From: the human T2T-CHM13v2.0 reference genome, Homo sapiens | Direction: 5' to 3' (one strand) | NCBI RefSeq assembly: GCF_009914755.1 | Contig: NC_060930.1 | DNA: 64,000 nt | Part shown: in pieces, positions 26,231-38,369 of the stretch | How the letters are laid out: each line of letters starts with the position of its first letter | Position numbering within the stretch: the stretch's first letter is position 1 | The notes under the pieces: model-generated | Databases searched by the model: none | Told to the model about the DNA's origin: nothing | Seen by the model: only the letters and a program-made list of their open reading frames with translations | Position numbers and translations under genes: made by a program

Positions 26231-27656
26231 GCCGCTAATTGGTTGTCTCCTTTTAGGCAAGGACCAAGTCCGAGCCAGGCTCCTTTATAGTCCCATGGCT
26301 AAATGCCATGGTCCCGAAGAGTACAGCACACATGGATCATGAGGATGAGAGTGAAACAGAAATGAACCTGAAGCTCTGTGCAAAGATGCCTTCAACTCTT
26401 TGCTATTCTGGGATTCAGAAAGAGGGGGTGGCACGCCGGGGCAGGAGGTGTATGGGGAGGGAGGGGCATAGCTCTTTGAGGCTGGCCAGTGGCGACACCA
26501 GAGACTCAGCTCCCTCCCAGGTAACTGAATAGCAGAAGACCAGATTGCGTGGGGCTCAAGTAGAAGACAGGATTTCCAAACACCTCAGGATCTCTTCTGA
26601 TCAACCCTGCACGAGATGCAGGGGGTGCCCTCACACCCCCTCCAGGTTACTGTGAATCCTGTCTGTACTGCAAATCTTCGCCTTCCTTTAGTTCTTTGGG
26701 AATCCTTCCGGCATCCTCAGCTAGCATCTCTTGCCATGAGCATGGTGAGCCAGCAAGCATGGCTAACACATGGCAGGAAGGAGAAGGAGGAGAGGCACTG
26801 TCAACTAGCACCATAACCCCTAGGACAACTAGTTCATTTCAGATAAGCCAGTGGCATATCATTCTTGCTAATGTCAACCCATTTTATTATTGGAATTTGG
26901 GGAGACGAGATGAATTTCCTGCACTGGCTGGACACAGGAGGCTGTGTGCTCTGCTGTGCTGTTTTCCAAGATTGCCCCCTTACCACTTGCTCTTCGGGGC
27001 CTGCTGTTTGCTGAGGCTTGTTGTTCTCAACTGTCTTTCATCACATATTGTAGCTTCTTGTCTCAGTCCTGCAGTGAGTTGGAGATGGTTTTGCTGAAGA
27101 TCTTGGAGTTATCCCTCCAGCTGTGGGCCATGATTTCCAACCCAATTCCTTTTGTTATTTTTCATCTTTGAATAACCTCCAACCACAAATCCCCATTTCT
27201 ATCTGTGGCCAGTTAGCGTAGTTGATGGCAACCCAGTGGCAACAAATGTATAGGTTGGCATGGCTTCAATTTCTGAGCAAGTCAGTTATGCCATGTTTGG
27301 GCAGAGTGTCTCTAAAATGTCCAGCCATCGAATCATCCAGCAATCCAGCAAGTGCTGGTGTTGGCCACAGGGGTAAAGGATGAATATTTGGTGGGATCTG
27401 TATAAATCCACCATCAGCACTGGAAAAGTGCTTTCTGGAGGAAGTCCTGCTGATGTGTACGTTTATTGGCATTTTATGGTCAGTGCAGCAGGCCAGTGCT
27501 CATAAGGGGCTAGCCTCCCTTCCTGGCCCCTCACTCTGCCCCCGCCTCCTGCAGGAAGAGGTCATCTTTTCCCGCATTTGCTCTTGACTCTGTCCCTGCA
27601 AACTCGACTCATCCTATTTACAGTTAATTGTTTATAGATTTGTTTTCTTCTACTAG

Positions 27657-27862
27657 ATTAGAGGCAACATTTTTCTGTAAAGGGCCAGATACTACTTTAG
27701 GCTTCGTGGGCCACACGGTGTCTGTATCAACTACCCACCTCTGCAGTCGTAGCACAAACTCCCAAAGGTCAATATGTAAACAAATGGGTGTGGTCGTGTT
27801 CCAACAAAAGTTTATTTATGGACACTAACATTTACATTTTATATAATTTTTACATGCCATGA
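27657..27862. mobile_element. MER58 (B-like) hAT-Charlie MITE, partial
   Basis: tttctgtaaagggccagata...ttaggcttcgtgggcca...atgtaaacaaatgggtgtggtcgtgttccaacaaaagtttatttatggacac. Confidence 0.88.
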
Positions 27863-27985
27863 TCTAGAAGCAAATAATCCAACCTTATATTTGCCTAATT
27901 CTTTACAGTTGAATAAATACTTTCATCAACGTCATTTTATTTTCATTCCTATGCCTGATAACCACAGGGAATACAAAGATCCTAT

Positions 27986-28044
27986 TTTATGGATGATGGA
28001 ATTTATGGATGGAATTTATGGAATTTATGGATGATGGAATTTAT
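27986..28044. repeat. Short compound tandem repeat of GGAATTTAT and GGAT(GAT) units
   Basis: tttatggatgatggaatttatggatggaatttatggaatttatggatgatggaatttat. Confidence 0.85.
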
Positions 28045-28400
28045 CCTAAGAGAGCATTTTGGCTTTTCTAAACCTATCATTCCAACACTGATTTTCAATG
28101 GTGTCCAAACAATCCCCCCACAGAAAATGCCTGGCTAGTCTTTTTTTTTTTCTTTTAAAATTTTTATTTACTTTTGGAGATGTTGTGGGTAGTTTTGGTG
28201 AGCTAATAATGAATCCGTTCTCTATAACACACTTCAGCTTCTCAGTGACTGTACTTCACACCTGCCAAGACAGTAAAGTCTATCAATCCTTGTGAACATA
28301 AAGTAGGAGTGAACTCTGGAAATGCCATCAGTGGTTTAATCTCGGAAGAAAGGACATGCCCTCCATGGGGGACAGTTGAGCCTCAGGGGCAGGCGGCAAC

Positions 28401-28730
28401 TGTGTTGGCTATTGTTTATTGGCCACTCAGCCCGGATCTGTTCTCTACCCTTCTCAGCATGTTCTGTGTCCTGGGAGGTTGGTGTCCAGTTGGGTTTGAT
28501 CAATGGGCAACATCAGTGGAATACCAGAGGATGAGAGGGAACAGAGACTGAATGCTTCACCTGCCTGCCTGGGGTCTGCAGTGGCTGTGTCTTCCATGGG
28601 GGGCACTCCCCTCCCTGCCCTAGGTCTACCATACCCCTGTTCTTCATCTGGAATACTCTTTTGCCTTTCCTGGGTCTGCATGACTCTAACCTCCATGGAA
28701 GCACTGCCCTTCCTTTCCTGGGTCTGCGAC
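28401..28730. mobile_element. LTR33-family ERVL LTR fragment
   Basis: tgtgttggctatt...ctctacccttctc...ctgtgtcctgggagg...ccagttgggtttgatcaatggg...gtggctgtgtcttcc. Confidence 0.6.
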
Positions 28731-28964
28731 GGTTGTGCTGTTTGTTTTCATACTAACTTTAGAAATCAACTTATCTAGTAAAAACTATCTTGTTGGTTTT
28801 TTATTGGGATTATGGTAAATTTATAGATTAATTTAGGGAAATACCTTTTTTGTGTTTGTCCAAGTCTTTATTTCTGTCCTTCAGTAGCATTTAGGAATTG
28901 CATGTTTTTATTCATTATATGCTTTTTTTTTTATTACTTTCACAAATGGGGTCTTTTCTTTCAT

Positions 28965-29134
28965 TTTTTTTTTTTAAGAGACAGTATCTCACTATGTTGC
29001 CCTGGTTGGAGTACAGAGGCTATTCACAGACAAAATCAAGATGCACTGCAGCCTCAAACTCCTGGCCTCAAGCAATCCTCCCACCTCAGCCTCCTGAGTA
29101 GCTGGGACTACAGGCATGTGTAAATTTGCCCAGC
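28965..29134 (-). mobile_element. FAM (fossil Alu monomer)
   Basis: Retains the 7SL-derived ggctattcacag segment that dimeric Alus lack; TSD tctttcat. Confidence 0.85.
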
Positions 29135-30814
29135 TCTTTCATCATATTTAAAAAATTCCACCAGTGGTATAATGTCTGTTTATCATAGAAGTTTTCTACT
29201 CAAAAATGTTGTTGTATTCTATTATTGGTTACAATGATTTTAGATTGAGTCTATTCGGTAAAATTATAATAATTTTACCTTCTGTTTTCCAATTTTGTGT
29301 TTTTATTTCTTTCTCTTATCTAATTGAAATTTTAGTACCTGCAGAACAATTTTAAATCATAGTGATGATAAAGGACATCTTTTATTTGTTTCTGAATTTA
29401 AAGAGAATCTTCTTACCAAATAAACTTTTTCTAAATTATTAAGTATTTTAAAAATCAAGAATAGATTTTGGATGTTGAGTTTTACCAATACTTTTCATTA
29501 TCTATGAAGATTGTATCATATTTTTTCCTTTAACATTTCAGTAGGTACATTATATCAACAGATTTCCTAATATTGAACCATCCTTGAATTCTTGGGATAA
29601 AGCACTTGGTGTGGCATATTACTCTTTCAGTATTTTTCTGGATTCTATTTACTTATTGAGGTAAAAGTTGGTCTGTCCAAGACTGAGCTCCTGAAATGTG
29701 GCTGCCAGAAAGAGAGCTGGTCTTTCAAGCTACGTGGAAACTGGCTACAGTGCAGTGTTTAAGCATCATTTCTGGTCAATTGCAAAGCCTGGATCCCAGC
29801 TCCTGAATGTGCCAGGGTAGGAGCTGGTATTTCCCTAAACATGAATGCTGAGATGATAAATCCTGCCATTACATTGCTTCTTTATTAACTATAGCTGCAA
29901 AGTTTGAACCCCAAGGTTTGCAAGGAATCAATCCCTCTCTCACCAGAGGCAGAGAGTACAATGCTTCTCTGCAGACTCCATGAGCCATGGGCTGGTATGC
30001 TACAGCAGAAACCAAGGTCCTATAGCATCATGTTGGTATTGCATTTTATTGCATTTTAGCACTGATTACACCAGGCAAGGGCCAATCCCTCTCTAGTAAT
30101 GCAGTACAAAAGCCCCTCAACCCGAGAGTCAGGATCCTTCTCCCCTAGTCTCATAGACGGCTCTACCAGGTTGCCTGTTGTGCTTCAGACAGCATGGATA
30201 ACAAGGCACTACACATTTGCCCAAGGATGTTGAGTGTTCCCTGTTCATGCTGCTCCTCTTGGTCTGCTCTTATCTGCACTATTTTGTGTGTGTTTTCTCC
30301 ATGGGTCTTCACAAATGAAATTGGCCTGTATTTTTCTTTTATGCAATAATTTGTGGGAGGTTTTGTTATCAATGTTATGCTACTTGCATAGAAAGAATAT
30401 GAATGCTCTGAAACAAATTAAATAGCACTAGAGTGACCTAATCCTTAAGGCTTGATAGGAATCTGTGGAAAATGTCCAGATTTGATGCATTTTGGGGAGC
30501 AGATCTTCATTAATTTTAATTCTTCTGTGTTAATTGGTCTGAGTAGATTTTTCTGCTTAGGGATCAATTTTGATAATTAATATGCATTTATTTGTATAAC
30601 ATTTTGACATTAGTCTCTTATAATTTTAAGTTTGTACTCTATTTGCATTATTCTTTCTAAATTTTTGTGTTTGTATTTCTCTCCTTATTCATGCTAATGT
30701 TTTTTGATATGAGTTTTACTGAAAGCAACAGCTGAGTTTATTTATGGGTACTACTGATTTTCTTTTTAAAAATTGTTTCATTTCTGTTTTTATCCATAGA
30801 AATTACTTCTTTCT

Positions 30815-31107
<293 letters not shown>

Positions 31108-31337
31108 AGAAATTACTTCTTTCTGTTTTCCTTACATTCATTCTGTTATTTTTCCTCAAGCTCCTAAAATGCAGGCTTAATGTACTTGCCTTCCATATTT
31201 TATTTTTAACAATATGAACATCTAAAGCTACTGTTTTTCTCTGAACGCTGCTTTACTGGCACCCCATAGGCTTATATATATATTGTTCTAATTATCATTA
31301 TTTTCTAAATATTCTGCAATTTTGATGTTGATTTTGA

Positions 31338-31712
<375 letters not shown>

Positions 31713-34199
31713 TAGTTTCTAATTTTATTATTGACTTCTTATTTTATTGAATTATGATAAAAATGTTTGTACATTTTAACTTAAAAACAATTGATGTTTT
31801 CTCTCTGCCTGACTTAGTCCATTTTTATGACTATTACTGGATCATTTGGGAAAAGGATTCGTTCATTCTCTAATTTGAGAGTATAGCATCTGACATATAG
31901 CAATTAGATCCGTTTCATTACTGGTTTAGGTCTTGTTTTTTTACATTGTATGTGTGCACATGTGCTTGATCTAACATGAACTGAGTTTCCTATTGTCGGT
32001 GAATTTCTGCATATTTCTTCTTGCATTTCCTGTGGGTTTTACTCCATCAGTGTTGGTGCTGTGCTGTACGGTGCAAATTCATAACAATTATATCACTATT
32101 GGGGATTGCAAACTCCAGCATTTTAAAGTGTGTGTCTTTGTGAATTCTATGATCCTACCACTTAAAGCACATGTGTTTGAGGGCATATTTTTATAGCACA
32201 GCTGTTCTGAAAACACAAACCAACCAAGGCCAAGGAAAGACAAGAGCCTGATTCTTTTAAATTTATGATGATAACACTAAAATTCCTTCTACAAAGCGAG
32301 CTTCCCGGCCTCAGAAAATGGCTTCAGTTCAAGTAGTAGGATCTTTCACAAAAAAATTCTCTGTCTACACATATTTGAACCTTTCTGACCAACAGCAACA
32401 ACAAAAAACATAACACAACAATGTAAAGAGCACATTACTCATGACTAATCATCTAACCACAGAGGGAACTTCACTTCCTTCCTTCTTCACCACGTCCCCT
32501 TTTCCTCCCCAACCTCGCCCCCCTCTACCTTCTCTCTTGCTGTCTCCTGACGTGTATCCCTTGAATAAATGTGCTTTTTCCAAAGAAGATCGCTCCTGGC
32601 TCCTGCTCTCTCGCAGCTACTGACCAGTTGAACTCAGGGCGCTGGGTCCACTGGTGATTATGTGTGGGCTCCCACAGGTGACAAAAAGCCCATCTGGACT
32701 GCAGGGTCTTTAAACCCCAACGCTTCACACGTTCAACTTCTCACCCTTGAGAGTCTGTCACTTAGAGTTTTATTTTTCTACTCCCACTCTGTGCCACTCT
32801 ATCCTGTAGACTCATTTTACAAAAGCAGCAAAATCTAAGTCTGACAGGTAATCCCATCTCTCCAGATTAGATGAGCTGGAAGCAACTTCTTGGCCCTGAC
32901 ATGTTGTGCAGAGGCACACAGCCAACCTTTGAAAGAACAAATGGGGGAAATTTGGAAATAGAGAAAGAGTGATGTCTCATGACTGTTACTATGATTTAGA
33001 TTAACACATCTTTGGCCTGGGCCCCGGAAGTTGGATTTTCTTACAAGGTGGACATGTATCAACACAGAGCCTGCAGAACACGTAACTGTACAAGGCATAC
33101 AGTGACCAGGAAGGGCAAAGACTCGCTAGTAGGCAACACTTTATCCTAGGGCACATAAGTATCAGAGAAAGAGGACAGAGCAGTCCTGGAGTCTTTCAAG
33201 TTGGGTCAGATCACCATAGATTTTGAACAAAATTAGTATCTTGGAGTTTATGATGACTGGGTTATGAATGCACCTATTAGGAAAATAGCCTATAATTTTT
33301 AGAAACCAGAAGCAATTGACGATTATGGATGTTTTAGTATTTTATTATGAGATATTACCTATTGGAATTTTTTGTTTGGGGAATTTTAGCAAGATATTAA
33401 ATCAAGAATAGATAAACATCCAGATTATTGGAAAACCTTGGTGATGTAATTTCAGGGTCACTTTGCTACGTTAACTCATGGAGCATCATCACAGTACTAC
33501 CAGAAGCAGGGAGCTGGGCAAGGTCCTGCTTGTTTACTTGCCTAAGCATAATGGCTGAATTTTGGAAATGATGAACAAGTAAGCTTGAAATCAATCCCCA
33601 GTGACCTTCGAAAACATATCACTAAATTAATATTCACCAGTAGATATCACGCATGAAAGAACAGACACATCATTTCTGTTTCTGATGGGGTTGCAATGAC
33701 AAACTTATAGATGGGAACAAAGAGCTAGCCCTTCACCTCAGAATTGCTGCAAAAACATCAAAACATTCTCATTTGATAGCTGTCAAAGACCAAGCTAAAT
33801 GAAGATATAGACAGGTGGTTTCAAAGTTTGTTAAATATCTTTGCTAAATAATATTAGCAATGGCCCTTGTCAACTGGAAGAGATGCCCTAACCCACCACC
33901 TAACTGCCTGCCAAAAATGGGGAACCAACAGTGTAAACAGATTAAAAGTGCAGGTTCTGGAATGTGATGACCTGGATTTTGAACCACATGCTTTCTGCTT
34001 TGGCCTTGAAATGTTATTTTACTCCTTCCTCCTGCAGTGCCCTCTGCTGACAGAGCTGAGCATTGTGTCAGGAGAATATCAACAGGGACCAGCTCCAGCA
34101 TTGCAAGACAGGCAAAGAAGAGTGTGTTTGGAGCCAAAGTGACACCTGCCACAAGCTGGGCACTGCTGTCTATAGGACCTCATACTCCACTGTAAGGAC

Positions 34200-34340
34200 T
34201 TTTACAAGAGCAAGAGGGCTTCGAGCAGAAGAATGACACAACCTTATTCATACTTTCAGCAGGATGATTCTGGTTCCCGAGCTGAGAATGGACCAGAGGA
34301 AGGCAAGGTGGAAGCTGGTGAGGAGGCTGTTGTGTTAATA
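34200..34340 (-). mobile_element. L2 fragment
   Basis: gagcagaagaatgacac...caggatgattctgg...gagaatggaccagaggaaggcaaggtggaagc...aggaggctgttg. Confidence 0.6.
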
Positions 34341-34772
34341 TTGCAATAAGAATTTAGCAGGCTGTTTAGCATTTATGTAATAAAGATATTCCTATGGGAC
34401 TGTTACGATATCTTACCTAACCATCACTGCTAACTCTAAGTCTAAATAAGAAATAAGTATTTTTTAAAGAACATTAAAAAAATCAATCACCACAAAATAC
34501 ATGCCGACTTTCATAGTAGGTGATTATGATTATATTGCAATATAAACTCAAAGTAAACCAAATCAAACAGACATTTGGTGTTTTGATTTTTTTGGCAAAG
34601 TGATTTCTTAACATCTCTATTTTGAAAATTATTGAATCTTTTTGATTAGTAATACATTCACATCGTTTTCAAAATAAAACAAAGATATGCAAAAGTATTC
34701 AGTAAAAAGTCTTTCTTCTGCCTTTATCCACTATGTGTCCTGTTCCCATAAAACTTTTGTTTGCCAGTGGTT

Positions 34773-35450
34773 TGGATAAAGAAAATGTGGTACAGGCCGG
34801 GTGTGGTGGCTCATGCCTGTAATCCCAGCACTTTGGGAGGCTAAGGCAGGCAGATCACTTAAGGTCAGGAGTTTGAGACCAGCCTGGCCGACATGGTGAA
34901 ACCCCAACTCTTCTGAAAACACAAAAATTAGCTGGACATGGTGGCAGATGCCTGTAATCCCAGCTACTAGGAAGGCTGAGGCACAAGAATCAATTGAACC
35001 TGGGATGCAGAGATTGCGGTGAGCCAAGATTGAGCCACTACACTCCAGTCTGGGCGATAGAGCAAGACTCAATCTCAAGAAAAAAAAAAAAGAAAGAAAA
35101 TATGGTACATGCACACCATGGAATGCTATGCAGCCATAAAAAAGAATGAGATCATGTACTTTGCAGTATCATGGAAGCAGTGGAGGCCATATCCTAAGCA
35201 AATTAATGCAGAAACAGAAAACCAAATATAGCATATCCTCACTTATATGTGGGAGCTAAACGTGGGGTTAATAAATACTGGCAATTCCAAAAGAGGGGAT
35301 GAAAGGAGGGGAAGGGTTGGAAAACTACCTATTGAGTACTATGTTCACTACTTGGGTGACTGAATCATGAGTCCAAATCTCAGAATCAAACAATATGCCC
35401 TTGTAACAAACCTGCACATGTACCCCCTGAATCTAAATTTAAAAATAAAA
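34773..35450 (+). mobile_element. L1P (L1PA16/L1PB-like) 3' end interrupted by an Alu
   Basis: ggataaagaaaatgtggtaca|...accatggaatgctatgcagccataaaaaagaatgagatcatg...aaacctgcacatgtaccccctgaatctaaa. Confidence 0.88.
34795..35093 (+). mobile_element. AluS (Sx/Sz-like)
   Basis: Full dimer; TSD aagaaaatgtggtaca / aagaaaatatggtaca. Confidence 0.95.
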
Positions 35451-35454
35451 ACTT

Positions 35455-36440
35455 TTAATTTTTTTTGTATCTCTTTCCAGAGTTTTTAAGCATAAGTGTT
35501 AGCAAACACAAATATATATTATTATCTCCCCTTTCGGTTTTACGCAAAAGGAACATACTATGCACATACTTTTCTTCACCTTGCTTCTTCACAAAATTTT
35601 GTATCTGGATATATTTCCATATCATAGGTATAGAGAGCCTCTTCATTAAAAAAAACTGTATGTACCATACTGTATTTAAATAAACCTTGCTAATGGAAAT
35701 TTTAGAGGTTTCCAATCTTTTATTACTACCAACAATGCTGCCATGAGTTACCTTGTAGATATATGTCAGTTTTTTGCACATGTGCAAGTATATCTGTAGG
35801 ATAGTTACAGAAGTGAATTACTGGGTCAAAGGGCAATATGCATTTGTAATTTTGTTTTATTTTTATTTTGAGACGGAGTCCTGCTCTGTCACTCAGACTG
35901 CAGTGCTGTGGCGTGATCTGGGCTCGCTGCAAGCTCCGCCTCCTGGGTTCACGCCATTGTCCTGCCTCAGCCTCCCAAGTAGCTGGGACTACAGGTGCCC
36001 GCCACCACACCCAGCTAATTTTTTGTGTATTTTTAGTAGAGACGGGGTTTCACCGTGTTAGCCAGGATGGTCTCAATCTCCTGACCTCGCGATCTGCCCA
36101 CCTCACCTCCCAAAGTGCTGGGATTACAGGCGTGAGCCACCGTGCCCAGCCACATTTGTAATTTTGATAGCTGTTGCTAAATAGACCTTCACTGGGGCTG
36201 TAGCAATTTAGACTCTCCCCACAATGCATGAGAGTGGTTTCCCCACAGCTTCTACCACGAGAAAGATTAGCAACTTTTGGATTTTTGCCAGTTTGATTTA
36301 TGAAAAATTACCTCGCAGTATAGTTTTACTTTGTATTTCTCTGATAATAAGTACAGTGAGCCTCTTTTCTTATGTTCAACAGACAAGTACTTTTCCTTTT
36401 TTTTTTTTGAATTGTCTATTCATATCCTGTGCATGTCTCT
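35455..36440 (-). mobile_element. Old L1ME/MC fragment hosting AluY
   Basis: gaagtgaattactgggtcaaaggg...gcaatttagactctccc.acaatgcatgagagt...tttttgccagtttgat. Confidence 0.7.
35855..36151 (-). mobile_element. AluY
   Basis: gcaagctccgcc, ttcacgccatt, gtgttagccaggatggtctc diagnostics; 14-bp TSD catttgtaattttg. Confidence 0.95.
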
Positions 36441-38369
36441 ACTGGGTCATGGATCTTGACTCTGTGTTTTTAACACAATTGAGAAAAGTTAAGCACTATA
36501 TATTATTTTGGGTCTAAAAAATTCCATTGCATTTTTAATGTTGTAAAACTTATACTAAGTCTGCCGTTTTAATACTAGTAAATATGTCTTACTATACTAC
36601 AAAATACTCTTTGTTCAGAGGCTGAAATTAGCAATTTCAAACATGGCTCATATGTATGCGTGTGTGCATATAATGATGTCCTTCTTATAAAGTCACATGA
36701 GGCCATAAAACTTTACTCCAAAAAGGGAAACTGAACTCAAATGAGGTCTCTGGAATATAGCTATTCTGAGGCTTAAAAATAAGGTCCCAGATTAGCCTAA
36801 GCATCGCTCACTTGAAGGGGATAGCCTTTTTAATTATTTTAAGCCCATTTGTTGAACAGTTTCCAGTCTAAATCATTAATATCAAACCAGATTCCTGCGT
36901 TGGCTATTTGATTAGTGTACAGTGCATTATATGTGTATTAAACTCCACTTTATTAATGATTTTTAAAAGCACACTAGACATGATGAAATAGAATGTCAGA
37001 GCTGGAAAGACCTCTGTCATCTTGTCTAAACCCCTTGCTTTACATAAGCTATTAATATGGGTTTTTGGTTTTTACTCCTCTCTCCTTATTTTTCTTCAAC
37101 TTTTAAAATGTTTTTAATACTTGTCATCCTAACATCTGGTTATAAGTACCCTTAACTTCCATGTTGTATAGATAAAGTCTTTCTTGCCTAATTCTTGGCT
37201 ACTCTAAATTTTAGTGGTCACTAGAAAAAGTTCTCTATGGCAGAGGTCTATTTTTTTAAGTGGATAAGCTTCAGTTTCCCCATGGGTCAATTAAGAAATT
37301 TTTATTAGAAGTCCTCTAAAGTTGCTTCAGCTCCAACCATCTATAGGCCTATGAGAGAATAGGATGGATTCTTCCACTTTCCCTAAGGAAAGGGCTGCCC
37401 TGCTTTGGGGCAAAGTTAATATTTCTGTGTAGCTTTGTTACATTCTATTTCCTGAGGTCATAACAGTCTGGGTTCCAATTACATTCCTAGAATAATGAGC
37501 CTGTTACAGTAAATGAACATTTTCAAGTGCAACTGAATAACCACCTATTGAGTGTGCTGGCACCTAATAATTTTCCCCTTGGCAGAGGAAAGAAGTGGGC
37601 ATTTGGGTAATGGGAGGTAGTTTGTGAAACGTGATAGAGAAAAGGATGATGAGAATCTGAAGCAGCTCTCCACACCTTGCAGGGCCTCTGCTTAATCAAG
37701 GCAGCTGGGAGATGAAGGCGATGGACCCTTTCTGCAAAGGTGGAGGCCCCTGACTCTGCACCACCTCAGGGTTGGCACTAACCTGACCCCAGAAGTCATC
37801 TAATCCAAGTTTGTCTCCTTTCTCCTTTTTAAAGTTCTGATTGATATCAAATGACAAACCAGTATCCCGACTGTGTTAGATGAGAGCTATCTCAAAGAAA
37901 GGGGCTGGGTCAAGAAGCCTGTGTTGGGAGAGTAAGCCTTAGCAAGAGATATTTTTTAAAGTGTTAAAACCATGATTTTCAACAAAACGTGCTCTATGTA
38001 ACAATATTTATTGCCCTTTGGCTTTGTGGTATTTTCATATGGTTTTTATCAAGGGAACTTTGTGACTGGACATACACAAGGCAAGCATTCTGTTCAAACA
38101 GCAAAAAGAACATTGGTCCGTGACCATTAGCGTAGCAGGTCCTGATGAAGGAATTCCCCTCAATGAGAAATGAGGCAGGCCCCCAACCAAGGACAGAAAG
38201 GAGGAACAGTGTCAGGGCATTGTCATCCACAAATAGCTATGTATATTTTTTTCTTACCAAACAATTCCTAATCTTTCAGACTTCCACATCATATTGGAAA
38301 GAACAGTATGTCTTTTCTGGCTCCACAGTTTTCTCTGTGAATTTGCACAAGCTCCCTCTCTGTTCTGTA

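Noticed and set aside
28570-28730. Degenerate direct repeats (gggtctgca...ccatgg..gcact.ccct)
   Set aside because: They lie within an LTR33-like element and are short and diverged; not a CRISPR-like or functional array
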